Below are positions 48,055-59,506 of a stretch of DNA of 64,000 nucleotides, piece after piece. The number at the start of each line of letters is the position of its first letter. The stretch's first letter is position 1. Below the pieces are notes generated by a model. The model saw only the letters and a list, made by a program, of their open reading frames with translations, was not told where the DNA came from and made no database searches. The stretch is from Amphiscolops sp. MND2022 (lineage: Eukaryota). Both the position numbers and the translations under genes were made by a program. Location: NCBI GenBank assembly GCA_964187785.1, contig OZ076409.1, positions 5,086,001 to 5,150,000 of the forward strand, given 5' to 3'.

Positions 48055-49846
48055 AAAAAATATCTTACAATGCCGAAAAAATTGAAAGAGGGGACCCTTT
48101 GGTCTCGCCCGGTATGGTATGTTACGTGGAAAAACAGTAAAAACATTTTTGGTTCAGTGCGCTGGGCCAAATGGTGCAATTTTGTGCAATAATATTTCGT
48201 AGAACTTTTAAGAACTATTTTGGTCAGTTCGTGTGGATAAAAAAAAGAGTCACTATAATAGTCGCGTTTCACTTCATGAATTCATGAAGTGCCGACTAAA
48301 AAAACCGGGAACAGCCAAGTCTGCAGCCAGCTTAAGGTTCAAAAATCGAATTGTTTTAAAATGGCGAAGGGACACAATTGTGAATGTCGAAAACGTTCAA
48401 AAAAGTGCAGGGGGTACCTATGGACCACATTTTTTTTGAAAAAAGTTGCTTTTTGCCGGACAAAAACTCAGTGGGAGACTTTTTGATATCTTCTTAACTT
48501 TTACAAGCATTTTTGTTCCAATGCAGGATTTCGACCAAGGTAATGCTGATGCCCAGTCACGCACTTATGCATGAGGCCAATTGGCTAATGAGTTTGATTT
48601 CGCTGCCCTAGTTGAAACTGCAGAATTTTTTTACATGCTGCAGGCCTGCATGTAGGGTAAATTTTTATAGAAACTAGAAAATTCATTGAATTTCGTGTGG
48701 TAATCATGTACAATAACACTGCATTTTCCACTACTGTAACTAAATTTGAAAATAAATACCACTGTATTATCGACGCGATCACATTGTATTCACTTTGTTT
48801 TCTCAACTGCGCTGAACATGATGCTTATTTGCAGTTTATTACGCGACTGAAGTTTTATTGCATCAATTTAGCGGTAAACCTGATAGCAACTTATTTGCTT
48901 TCAAAATTATAACTGCTGCTTAATGAAACTTGCAATTTTTCAACCTTTAAAATTGCCGCCAAAACGTTGCTGAATCTTTGAAGCAGCTTGATAAAAATTA
49001 AATACAACTGGGAAATATTTCCGCATGAAAGTTTCCGTAGGAGTTTTAGAAAATCATATTAAAAGTTACTGGCAACAATAAAGTACATGCAAATAGTGCA
49101 AGCAGTTCCAACAAGGGTGGTCTCAGAAACAGCCACTACTAAAGTCCGTTGTCTACGAAAGCACCAACTCACCACGCGATAAGTTTCTACCGAAGGATCA
49201 GCTCTTGAATTACTTTTTAAAAAATTGTAGAATATTCTATTTATCTCTATTTTGACAATCTGAGGATTTGCCCAGAACGCCTTATATGCTATGACAAGAA
49301 AAAGACATAATGAACCGATCGCAAATTGGAAACGCTAGGAATAATCGAAAACTTCACAAACCGCTCCACGTCAGAGCAGAACGCCCAGCACAACAATTTT
49401 GAAGACCACTGAACGAAAACTTCAACCCGAAGCAAATTTGGAAACAGCTAATGTACGTACAAAGAAGATGCGACTTTTCGAAGTGGTAAAGAGCGAAATA
49501 ACTGAATTATGCAAAATGAACTCAGCTATGAAAAACAAAAACTGAAATACAAAAAATCGAAAAAAAAATTATTTAAAAAATACAGCGTGAAGACACATAT
49601 CGAAGACGAAACGAAACAAACAAACGGTCTGACGACATTGTTCGGAAAATGAAAATGAAATCACCAGCTTAACTCTTCACATTACGCAAACAATGGAAGC
49701 AAGGGTTTTCAATAAATAACTGATCAAAAAATAATTGCAATTAAATTATAACCAATAATTTATTTTTAGTATTCAAAATATATAATAATTGACATTCGGA
49801 TAACCGATTAATTGCAAGAATTGTGAGGTTAAACGAGCGTGCGCCA

Positions 49847-50081
49847 ATTCCGTTATGCAGGGTGAATTTCGTCAGATAATTATCTGACGAAATTCACCCT
49901 GGATAACGGAATCGTAATTTTCTGCGACCTTTTGAATAACAGTAAAAACAACGCAAGCGCTTTTTCCGACTTCTGCTCACTCGAATATTTCTATTAATAG
50001 AAATATTCGAGTGAGCAGAAGTCGGAAAAAGCGCTTGCGTTGTTTTTACTGTTATTCAAAAGGTCGCAGAAAATTACGATT
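49847..50081. repeat. Two abutting spacer-less palindromes (66 bp with one mismatch; 172 bp perfect)
   Basis: 49847-49912 is centred on GATAATTATC and 49910-50081 on CTATTAATAG. Confidence 0.95.
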
Positions 50082-52924
50082 AGAAACATCGATTTTTTTC
50101 TTTCTCAAAGTGAATTTCACAACAAAACTACGAGGAGTCCGAAGGTGTACATCCTTGACCTTTTTTCGGCACTGTGAGACTAAAACGAATCAGACATAAT
50201 CTTTTGTAAAGATTTTGCTGATAAGTTTCTTTTTTTTCCAAGAAATCTTAATTTTTGTCAGACTCTTACCGTTACCGTTTTCAATGATGTTTTGTGAGTA
50301 AAATCGATGAAACTTTAGCGAGAACAATTCTTCAGAATATAATCAGTATAGGAAAGCAATATACTCTACTTATTCAGATTTTTCCTTATTCAAGTTCTCA
50401 CTCTATTTGAAATTTGATTCAATTTGAACCTGTTTTTGATTCTAGTCGAAAACATGTATTGGAATCTATCGGATTAGAGAGACAAAATTTATCAGGTTTG
50501 CTATAATTTCAAAACCTAATTATCTTATAAAATGTACAAATTTGGCACTGCATCGGTACACGTAACGAATACTCATTGCAAATCTACTGTGTGTTGTCAA
50601 AATCATCTAATCTAATAATAAATGACATATCACATTTCTCACTTACATATTTTATATACAATTTTTTCACTCTTGTAAAAAGATGACAATTCATTTCCGA
50701 CTTTTCACGTAACATCTTGTGTTTCACGGCATTTTCACAAATGTTGAGTTGTGAATTTCAAATATGGAAATATGCTCATACGCCATGAATGATTTTCACG
50801 TAGACTAAAAGCAACATGTAAGAATTTTAAATTGTACATGGACAATTTTGTATGATTTTTGCATGATACATACTTGCTTACGTAACAGATTGTCGGGATA
50901 AAAGGCCTCACAAAATGTTACCACGCGTGCCACGTCATTGTATCGTTTCATCATAATCTAATCTCTTTAGAGATAAAGACTTTATATAAATTATTCCAAG
51001 CAGTTAAATCATCTCGTTCGTTTTTGGTGGAAAATTAACTTTCATTAAAATTTATTTCAAAATTACACTTAAAAATGTTGATATCAAACGTTGCATCCTT
51101 GAGCTTGATTTACTTTTTGTCGGTAGCAGTTTTCCTTACCAATGCTGATGTCAAATTCCCCAAGGACCAAGGCATGAAACATCGGTGGCCGCCTTTAATT
51201 CTGAAACACGAAAGTGGAAGAATTCCCGACGGACATTTAAGGTAATACTTTAGGAAAACTTCGGGATACGGGACAAAATAGCCGATTTTCAAAACGAGAC
51301 ATAGCCGATTTTCAAAACGAGACATAATAGCCGATTTTGAATATAGGAAATTGAATAGGTAATGGGTTTTTGAAAAATTATTTTTATTGCTTCATCATTT
51401 ATCAAAAATAAACATTGTTGATTGATTGATGCATTGAAATGTAATTATTTAATTAAACTTGAGACAGAAAATGAAAGATATCCCATATCCGTAGTATCCG
51501 GAAATAAGACATCCCAGTGTTTACTCAATGTGGCATTTTCTTTCAACCCATTGCTGTTCTAATTTTGTAATTAGCATTCTCTTTGTACAAACAAATTCCT
51601 GAACACTTAGGCCTTTTACAGTTCAATAAACGCAAATCGCAGCGGCACTGCAACATTTCTTCTATCAGCTGAACAAGGTTTGTACGAACTGATAGACACA
51701 ACAAAATTGGCCTGAAAATACTAACAATTAACCACAAATTGAAATATAAAATTTTCAGTTCAGTCAATTTTTCAAACAATTATTAGGATAACCTTCAAAC
51801 GTGTAGAAAAATGCCAGTGCGAACTGATTGCCAAACGCAAAAACAAAAGCACCTTATCTTGGAAATTTGTGTTTCAGGACTCTTAATCATATTTTTAAAA
51901 CTTAAACACGAAGTCGGCCTTCGCTTTTTGATTTTTGTTTCGGTTTGGAAAAAGCGTTTTGCGGGCCTACACTGCATCTAATTTTTGGTGTTTCAGCACT
52001 AAGCGGTACCAATATTTTCTCACACGTTTGAGTTTTTTAAATGTATTCGGCCAGGAAAAGGCTGTTTTTGAGTCTGAATGGATTTTGAGTCCCTCCGAGT
52101 GTTTTTTGGCATTTTGAGATTGATGAGGAATACATCAGTCTTTTTCTTCTAGAATATATAAAGGTCTCTGCTAGTTTGAGTTCTGATCATGGCTCCAGCT
52201 TGGGTCGTTCCTGACTTGTTTTCAATATTTGATTTTGTGCGATAACTAATAAATTCAGTTGGACGGGGAGATTCAAGAAAATATTGCTGCTCTCACAGAA
52301 CCAAATCTGCTTTCATTCGGAGTTTGTAGCATTTACCTACCTAGTTTTTTTACACAGTCTTTCTTTCTAAAATATTTGAAAATTTTTTCTTCTGTTTGAG
52401 ATTGAAGTTTTGAAGTTATTGTCTCTCTTCTGAAATCCAGATAGTCATTAGGATGAGAAGCGCTTTATCATCGTCGGAAAACTTTAGCTAAATGTTGCAG
52501 CTAGGTCCCAAATTCTGAGAACTTTGAAAAGCTTCCGTGTTCCGGCCCTTACTTTTCTTTTGATCAGTTGTTTCATTTTGTTTTTGTTGACTTGAAAAAT
52601 TCCAGAAAATTCGCCGAAATTATTAGAAATGTCAAGTATTAGAAGTTGCAGAAATCTAAAGCCCAATAATTTCCCCAGGTTGTCTGTCATGGCCTGTTCA
52701 TGGAAAATCATCCATGATCATGGATTTTTCGACGCATTACTTCTACTTTCATGGAAAATCATGGATGGCCCATGGCAGGGCATGGCCCCATGCATCATCA
52801 TCCATGATTTTGACCCATGATTCATCCATGTTGAGCCATGATGAAAATTTCGTTCAACGAAAATTTTCTTCTACCACCGTGTCAGTTTTTGTCTCTGGTT
52901 CTTTCTCTTTATTCTGAGGGTTAC

Positions 52925-54847
52925 TGTAGAAATTTTAGTTTTTGGCGTCTACAAAAAAATGCATTGCGTTTGCGCGAAGTACATATGACAAATTGAACTG
53001 TGTTAATCACGTTTTTAGACCGTCGGAAAAATGACAATAACTAAAAAGGCTGACAATAGCGTGCTTCGATATGGCTTATTTGGCAAACTAGACTTTTATA
53101 AAGTAAACGAAACTTAATAGGCGAAATTAACGAGCTAGTGAGATACGCCGATGATGAATTTGTCCGAATTAACTAAGTTAGAATCGACCGCTTCGAGCAA
53201 AATTTACTAAGTTTTTATTTTGGGCAAAAACAAGAGGTATGTAAAAAAACACCACCCCCCCCCCGTCCCGGCGAACTACTGAACCGATCCCGCTGAAAAT
53301 TGGCACACGTATACCTGAGCTGTTATGCTACTTGTCCATAAAAAGGGAACCGAGCCGAGACCCCCCAGTCCCGGGCTATTAGCACCGGAAGTGACCTAGG
53401 TCGACCCCCCTATGATCTCGTCGGCCAATCACGGGATAAATCAGATTTTGTATGGAATTGATAGCCCATAGGATATTAGGCCGTTTGCGCATATTTTTGG
53501 AACCCTACGACGCGTGTAGGAGGAGCACGGACCCTAAGTAAATAAACCCCGAACGTCATGTAAATCGCCAACGGATGACCCAAAGATCATGAAACTTACC
53601 CAAGATGTTCACCTAGTAACCCCAAGTAATATACATGAAAGATACATTGATCGATCCACCACGCGCGGAGTAATGTTTGTTTAAGGCACGCGGGACCGGA
53701 CGCGCGGGCCCGACCGATAATAGACCTCGACCTTGGCTTGTAATATCTCAAACGAATTGGGATAACGAATGTAGTTGACTGCTATTGTGAACGGAACAGT
53801 ATTTGTAACCCACGTGGGGGTAACCGCCTTAAGTAAACAAACGATATGCACATCACGTAACTCGAAGACCATTGACCCTAGGACGATATAACTTGGCATG
53901 TAGCAACTTTAGATGAAGACAGATGACTTCAAGGTCACCGATGGACCTCAAGGCCATTCTAGATGTAACCCCGGAGCAGATAGGAAAACGTACATTAAAA
54001 CATGTAAATCAGCGTCTTTAAGCGATAATTTATGCATTTCAGTCAGGCGGATCGATTCGCGATGTATTGTACCTAGGATGATGGAAAAGTAACCCTCACA
54101 CGTAGAGAGCATGAAAACCATGTAACTCAAGGTCATTAAACGATTGTCTCGATATTAGAAATATCTCGGGTGACTTGAATTATTATTGAAATGTGAACTT
54201 TGTACAACCTTTGTTGAAGTATTTGTCGTTGGCGGCGAAGTATGTCTGGCCGAAACATAACTAGAGAGCTGCCATGCCATAAAAGGAATGGAACTACATG
54301 AAGTTAAAAGCATGCAAATAAAAGAGCGACGTCGGTACAATAAAAATGCGGCTGATGGATAAATATCTCAGGGAGGGAAAAAGAGACTGAATTGAGACAG
54401 AAGAACGACTACGAAGTCAAGAGTAAGTTGAGCCGTGTGCGGGCAAGAAACCTACTCGAGATCGAATTTGACTTAACTGCTTAGCGAGAGCAGAGAATTA
54501 GTTACAAGTCCGGGACTTGGAAATCTTTTGAGTGAAACGTGATTCTGGCACAGTCTTGTCGAGTTATTTTATATAATTCATTCACCTGCTGTGCTATTGT
54601 TATTTGATTGAGAGTTCATATACTGTGGAAATCTTCGACTTGTATTATCCAGATAATTCCTGAATTAGAGTATTAATTGCAAGTAACTTTTCCATAGTGT
54701 TTTTTGGAGTCGAAACTTGAGCACTGGAGAGACTTTGTGAAAAGAGTACGCGATACGTGAACGAAACTTACTCACCAAAAACAAAACCTTTCTGTTAGAA
54801 TCGAGCCATTGGGATCTCTCTCCAACCCACTAGCAAAAATTTCTACA
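52925..54847 (+). repeat. 5' LTR (1923 bp)
   Basis: TGTAGAAATTTT...AAAATTTCTACA, nearly identical to 59507-61427. Confidence 0.96.
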
Positions 54848-54848
54848 G

Positions 54849-54865
54849 TGGCGCTCCTGGGTGGG
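54849..54865 (+). promoter_or_regulatory. Primer-binding site, probably for tRNA-Asn
   Basis: TGGCGCTCCTGGGTGGG lies one base after the LTR. Its complement CCCACCCAGGAGCG-CCA resembles animal tRNA-Asn(GTT) 3' ends (from memory). Confidence 0.75.
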
Positions 54866-55054
54866 CAATTTTCGTAGTTCTGTATCGCTGTTATTTTGGA
54901 ATTGTTTTACTGGGACTTAACTGTAATCCCTTCACGACGCGATCAAAACAAGCACATTATCCGATGAGGTTGATCGACTGAGAACGTCCTTGTACAACAG
55001 AACAGAGACGTTTCTCTATTGCAACTAGTTGGTGCCTGAAGTAACGCCGTGGGT

Positions 55055-57550
55055 ATGGAAGACGAACAGCGACTTGCAATAATGGAGGCTGTCGCCCAAG
55101 GGGTGATACAGGGCCTCAACGGGAATGAGAATCGGCTGTTTGGCAATGGAGCAATCAGACCTGACAGCTTCCCCTCGCAGAACTATCCAGATTGGTCCCA
55201 ATGGAAAACGCACTTTTACAGAGTTGGCAGAGCCAACGGATGGACTGAGTTGCAAGGTCTGCAAGCTGTGCCTGTGTGCTTGATTGGGTACGCATTGGAC
55301 GAGTACAACGCTGCGCCTCGAGAACTGAGAGAGCAAGTGGATGGGGAAGATGCACCTACGTTAGCTGCACTATTCAATTACCTGGGTAGAGAAATGGGGA
55401 TGATGCGAAATGACCGTCTGGGGAAAGCAGAATTTAGAAAACTTCGACAGCAACCGGAGGAAACCCTGAGGGAATTTGCCCGACGAGTGAGAAACATTGG
55501 AAAAATTGCCTACTCAGAGAAGGACCCCAACACCAGAGACGAGTTGTTCCGCGAGAAGTTCCTCGAGGGTTTGAGCGATGTACAACTGGAAGTTCAGTTG
55601 TTGAAAGAAAACCCACAAACATTTGGGGATCTAGTGAACAGGGCTGTTGACTTGGAAGTTATTGCTCGAACAACACGTGGCCGTTCACAGGATGAACAAG
55701 AGCGGTACGAAGAGCTTGGAAGGCAGCAAGACTCATGTCGTGACATCCGTGGTTATTCAGACGAACCGTGGAAAGAAGGGTTACAACAGCTCACTAGAAG
55801 AATGGACGAGATGACGCAGATGATGATGACTTTCATGGAAACTCTGTCAACAACTGTGAGACCTGAGAAGCAGGCTGGGATGACAGACCCACCCAAACGT
55901 GAGGCCACCCCTGTGGCGACCGAACGAAAATTCAAGGAAAATGGCGGTTTTGTAGCCGATATCTGCCCTATTTGCGATGGTTTTGGACATTTTCCCCAGC
56001 AATGCCCCAAACGGCAGGTGGTGGTCGAAGAAGCTCCAGATGTGCATGGGAAGTTGACAAGAGAGAAAGCTGCACAAATTGTTGAGAGGGCCGGCTTACC
56101 AATTGAAAGAAAGGCGCTGAACGCTGTGCGTGTGGTAGACTGTTCTGGTTGTAACAGCGGGGTTTTCGTGAAAGCCCGAATCGAGGGAAGAGAGATGGAC
56201 ATTTTGTTGGACACGGGAGCTGGCGTGAACGTGGTGGACTCAAGTACAATGGAATTGCTTAGACCCCCTGATGAGGTCAAAGAATTTCGTGGAGAGTTGC
56301 GGTCTGTAGACGGTCAACCAGTGACGACTGAAGGAATAACCCGACTGAATTTGCAGCTGGGACCCTTGAAGGAGCAAGAAGAATTTGTGGTGGTTCCCCA
56401 CTGCGAGCCATCCGTTATTCTAGGCTTGAACTTCGTGAAAAAGCATAGAATGATTTTTGACTTTGGGAAAGACGAACTGTCCATACCTCCTCTGTCCTCA
56501 GAACCGCTGAAAATGAGAGTTGTTGCATCGCAATGGGGCGAAGAAAGGGGAAGTTGTTACCCGCGGAGCACCAGTGACAGCCATGAAAGCGCGGAGACTG
56601 AACCTCCTTGGTCGGCATCCTCCACTCAGCACTTGAGCGCTCCCGAGAGCAGGAATTCAAGATGGGATTCCGGAGAGAAACCGCCACCAAGGCGTTGGGA
56701 CGCAATGATAGTCGACACAGATGCTGATTTCCGCATGGTATCGACAACAGAGTCTAAGTACAGGAGTGATCGCAGCAGAAGCTCCATCATTACTACCCTG
56801 AAACCTCGACAGACTACACTTTTTGGCGATGATGACGTCGACGTTGAACGCGGGAACCTGAAGTACAAAGAGATCGAGGGAGACCTATTTTCGTCCAAAG
56901 GTTGTTTGGCTCACTGTGTTTCGGCAGATTTCCACATGGGGGTCGGAGTTGCCAAGCAAGTCAAAACGAGGTGTCCCACTACTTATCCAAAGGATGTCAA
57001 CCACAAGAGACAGCCAGTTTTTGCGCAGTGGATTGAAGGAGAACGTCGTTACGTGTATCACTTGGTCACCAAACAACGATACTTCGAGAAACCGACCTAC
57101 GAATCCGTGAAAACGTCGCTGCAACAGATGAGAACTCACGCGGAGTGGTCTGGGGTCCACAGAATAAGCCTGCCGAGGATTGGCTGTGGGTTGGATCAAC
57201 TGAGTTGGAGTGAAATGAGGAGTCTAATTAAAGACGTTTTCAAGGGGAGTCACGTAGCAATTACAGTGTATGTAGCCCCTCAGCAGAACTCGCCGCTCAA
57301 TTGCGAGATTGACGTTGAAGACGTTGGAAGCAGAAGGGGAGAACGCCCTTCGCCGACACCTTCCAGCTCGGAGTACATTGACGACTGGTTCGACAGGAAC
57401 CAACAATCAGAACTGGGAAAGTTCAAGGAGCGAGGGTTGCGGTCTCTCCGGCACAAGAGGTGCGAGAATGCAGGATTGTGGTCAGTCAAACGCGGAGCGG
57501 CTCAGCCGGATGCCACTGGACCGTACAAACGTGAGAAGATGATGGCTTAA
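55055..57550 (+). CDS. 831-aa Gag / CCHC knuckle / retropepsin / TARG1(OARD1)-like macrodomain polyprotein
   Basis: Capsid-like QQPEETLREFARRV...FLEGL, CPICDGFGHFPQQC (55964-56005), LLDTGAGVNV (56210) and ILGLNF. Macrodomain 56858-57274: EGDLF, LAHCVSADFHMGVGVA, YHLVTKQRYFEKPTY, LPRIGCGLDQLSW, ITVY. Confidence 0.92.
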   Translation: MEDEQRLAIMEAVAQGVIQGLNGNENRLFGNGAIRPDSFPSQNYPDWSQWKTHFYRVGRANGWTELQGLQAVPVCLIGYALDEYNAAPRELREQVDGEDAPTLAALFNYLGREMGMMRNDRLGKAEFRKLRQQPEETLREFARRVRNIGKIAYSEKDPNTRDELFREKFLEGLSDVQLEVQLLKENPQTFGDLVNRAVDLEVIARTTRGRSQDEQERYEELGRQQDSCRDIRGYSDEPWKEGLQQLTRRMDEMTQMMMTFMETLSTTVRPEKQAGMTDPPKREATPVATERKFKENGGFVADICPICDGFGHFPQQCPKRQVVVEEAPDVHGKLTREKAAQIVERAGLPIERKALNAVRVVDCSGCNSGVFVKARIEGREMDILLDTGAGVNVVDSSTMELLRPPDEVKEFRGELRSVDGQPVTTEGITRLNLQLGPLKEQEEFVVVPHCEPSVILGLNFVKKHRMIFDFGKDELSIPPLSSEPLKMRVVASQWGEERGSCYPRSTSDSHESAETEPPWSASSTQHLSAPESRNSRWDSGEKPPPRRWDAMIVDTDADFRMVSTTESKYRSDRSRSSIITTLKPRQTTLFGDDDVDVERGNLKYKEIEGDLFSSKGCLAHCVSADFHMGVGVAKQVKTRCPTTYPKDVNHKRQPVFAQWIEGERRYVYHLVTKQRYFEKPTYESVKTSLQQMRTHAEWSGVHRISLPRIGCGLDQLSWSEMRSLIKDVFKGSHVAITVYVAPQQNSPLNCEIDVEDVGSRRGERPSPTPSSSEYIDDWFDRNQQSELGKFKERGLRSLRHKRCENAGLWSVKRGAAQPDATGPYKREKMMA

Positions 57551-58356
57551 AGAACAACTATCACTTCGGGAGATTGACGTGTCTTTGGTTAGATGTATTT
57601 GACCCGAAACTTCGATTCGGCTTGACGACTTTACGAAACATAGTGAAACTTTCCTTAATCTTACGATTTTTTTGTTTTTGTTTTTTTATGAATCAGGTAA
57701 CGCGCCACCCGTGAACACCTAAAACCCCCCTGTGACATTGTTTCGAAGCGAGCAGAAGGGAAGAAAGGATTTTGAATTAGCAGTGCTAGGTATCAGAATT
57801 TGGGGTATTACTAAAACAACGGCGCCTCGAAACAATGTCACCCCCCCAAGGCTCAAGGCATGTTCTTGCGTATAATTTTCACGACCCAACGAGACCTGTT
57901 CCTGAGGATCCCCCCTTCCAAAGAAAGTATGTCTCTTCGACGAATTATGTCCCATGCCCCATGTTTTAATCGCCCTGAGATACTCTTCTATCAAAGCGGT
58001 GTCCCGCCTTGACTATATATATATATTTTTTTATCTACGATCAATCGACCTCCCCTCCCTAAAATGACTACCCCGAGTTAATGATGCGGTGCAAAATCAG
58101 CGTTTTGTACCTAGTGATGAATCGTAGCCCCCAGATTTGCTTTGATATAGTTTTGTGCAGTATTTTTTTTGTTACATTCTTTGACCCCTGCACCCTTTTC
58201 TTTAAAGGGGGCCTAGAAGACTCGACCGAACCCTGAATCGTAATCGTTCGTAAGCATTAAAGGGGACTTTCTCAAATTAGAGGGAGAGCTATGAATACTG
58301 TATTTCAATTTTAACGAAGGAAGTCGATGATGACAGATGATGTTTATACGGATGAA

Positions 58357-58659
58357 TTAAAGTAAGAAATGTGGAGGGGTTGGCTCCCGCAGAGCACCCC
58401 AGAGTTTTTGGCGGGCAATGAGGAGACGAAGTTTTTGCACTCCCACCAGACCAATCTCCGATGTGGCGAGGTTCCTCAGGAAGATGACGAATTCTACCCA
58501 ACCAGGGCTAAGGTAGTCCAGACATAACGCGCCCAATTCGCCCTCCACGGTCAGCTGGACCTCGTGATGCTCTGCAATTTCCATACGGGTGATCTCGAAC
58601 ACCACGCGGAAGTACTGAGACTCCCAAACCAAGTTCAGTAAGAAAGGGCCTTGTGCCAT
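58357..58659 (-). CDS. Orphan 100-aa antisense ORF inside the LTR element
   Basis: ATG in a GCAACAACATGG-like context, uninterrupted, richer in GC than its flanks. No domain recognised. Confidence 0.35.
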   Translation of the reverse strand: MAQGPFLLNLVWESQYFRVVFEITRMEIAEHHEVQLTVEGELGALCLDYLSPGWVEFVIFLRNLATSEIGLVGVQKLRLLIARQKLWGALREPTPPHFLL

Positions 58660-58885
58660 GTTGTTGGTTACAGCGACGAGTTACGATTTTGAATGTTACA
58701 AAACTCCTTTTTACTGTCGACTCAGTGGATACAGGATGTCCAGATGTTTTCTAGATAAACAAAAGCTAGCGCTTCGATATGAAGGGAAAATTGCCCAACT
58801 TAGTGGTATCGGTACGTTGAGTGGGTAAAAGTTGACGGATTTCGCAAAGTAAATTTGCCGAGTAAACAAAGGCCTGAACGGCGAA

Positions 58886-59200
58886 ATGTTCACAACACAA
58901 AACTTTCGATCTTTTTGGCGAGCAGTAGAAAAATTCGCATTTTATGAGATGACGTATTTTGGCTTATATTGGACCTGGGACTGCCCAGACTTCGAAGAGG
59001 TGGTGTTGTTAGAGAGGATCTTCTTTGACTTCGGGGAGGCACCCATGATCGCCCACATCCATTGTTCTGACCGGCCTCGAAGGCGAAATGTGGAAGTCCA
59101 TCCAGGGACCCGAAGGTGGACCAGCTTGTTGGCCACGCTTAGAGAAATTTTTCTGTACGCAGGAAATCTTCACCGCGAGCATCGGCTGCAGGTCGGGTAA
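58886..59200 (+). CDS. Orphan 104-aa sense ORF inside the LTR element
   Basis: ATG-initiated, uninterrupted, aromatic-rich, richer in GC than its flanks. No domain recognised. Confidence 0.35.
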   Translation: MFTTQNFRSFWRAVEKFAFYEMTYFGLYWTWDCPDFEEVVLLERIFFDFGEAPMIAHIHCSDRPRRRNVEVHPGTRRWTSLLATLREIFLYAGNLHREHRLQVG

Positions 59201-59494
59201 TTAATTAATTTTATGTCAAACTCCAGGAAAGTGCGGGAATAACTCGTTTCATATAGCGTCCCTCTTTTATACCCGTATATAAATCTCATCTTTCATTAGA
59301 TCTTTCAATTTCATTCTATTAGTTTAGTTTCAAATGCTTTAAATTGTCTGTTATATAGATATTATTTTTTTAAATTGATGTTTGAATACCTAATCCCCGC
59401 CCTATATCTATACTGTATTGTTTTTTTTTAAACCCAGATCCCACGATTCAGCCAACGACAATACCGTTAAGTTTATTCGGGAGAATAAAAGTCC

Positions 59495-59506
59495 AGAAGG
59501 GAAGAG
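59495..59506 (+). promoter_or_regulatory. Polypurine tract
   Basis: AGAAGGGAAGAG immediately before the 3' LTR. Confidence 0.9.

Noticed and set aside
40690..48486. Many K/F-rich ORFs repeated four times
   Set aside because: They arise from low-complexity HINE repeats and change frame with homopolymer length between units.
53681..54340. Short minus-strand ORFs repeated at 60261-60920
   Set aside because: They are inside the LTRs, so their duplication is trivial, and no coding signature is recognisable.
56858..57274. Bacterial DarTG toxin-antitoxin locus or the host OARD1 gene
   Set aside because: The domain is fused in frame to Gag-protease between LTRs, with no DarT-like partner and no introns, so no gene symbol was assigned.
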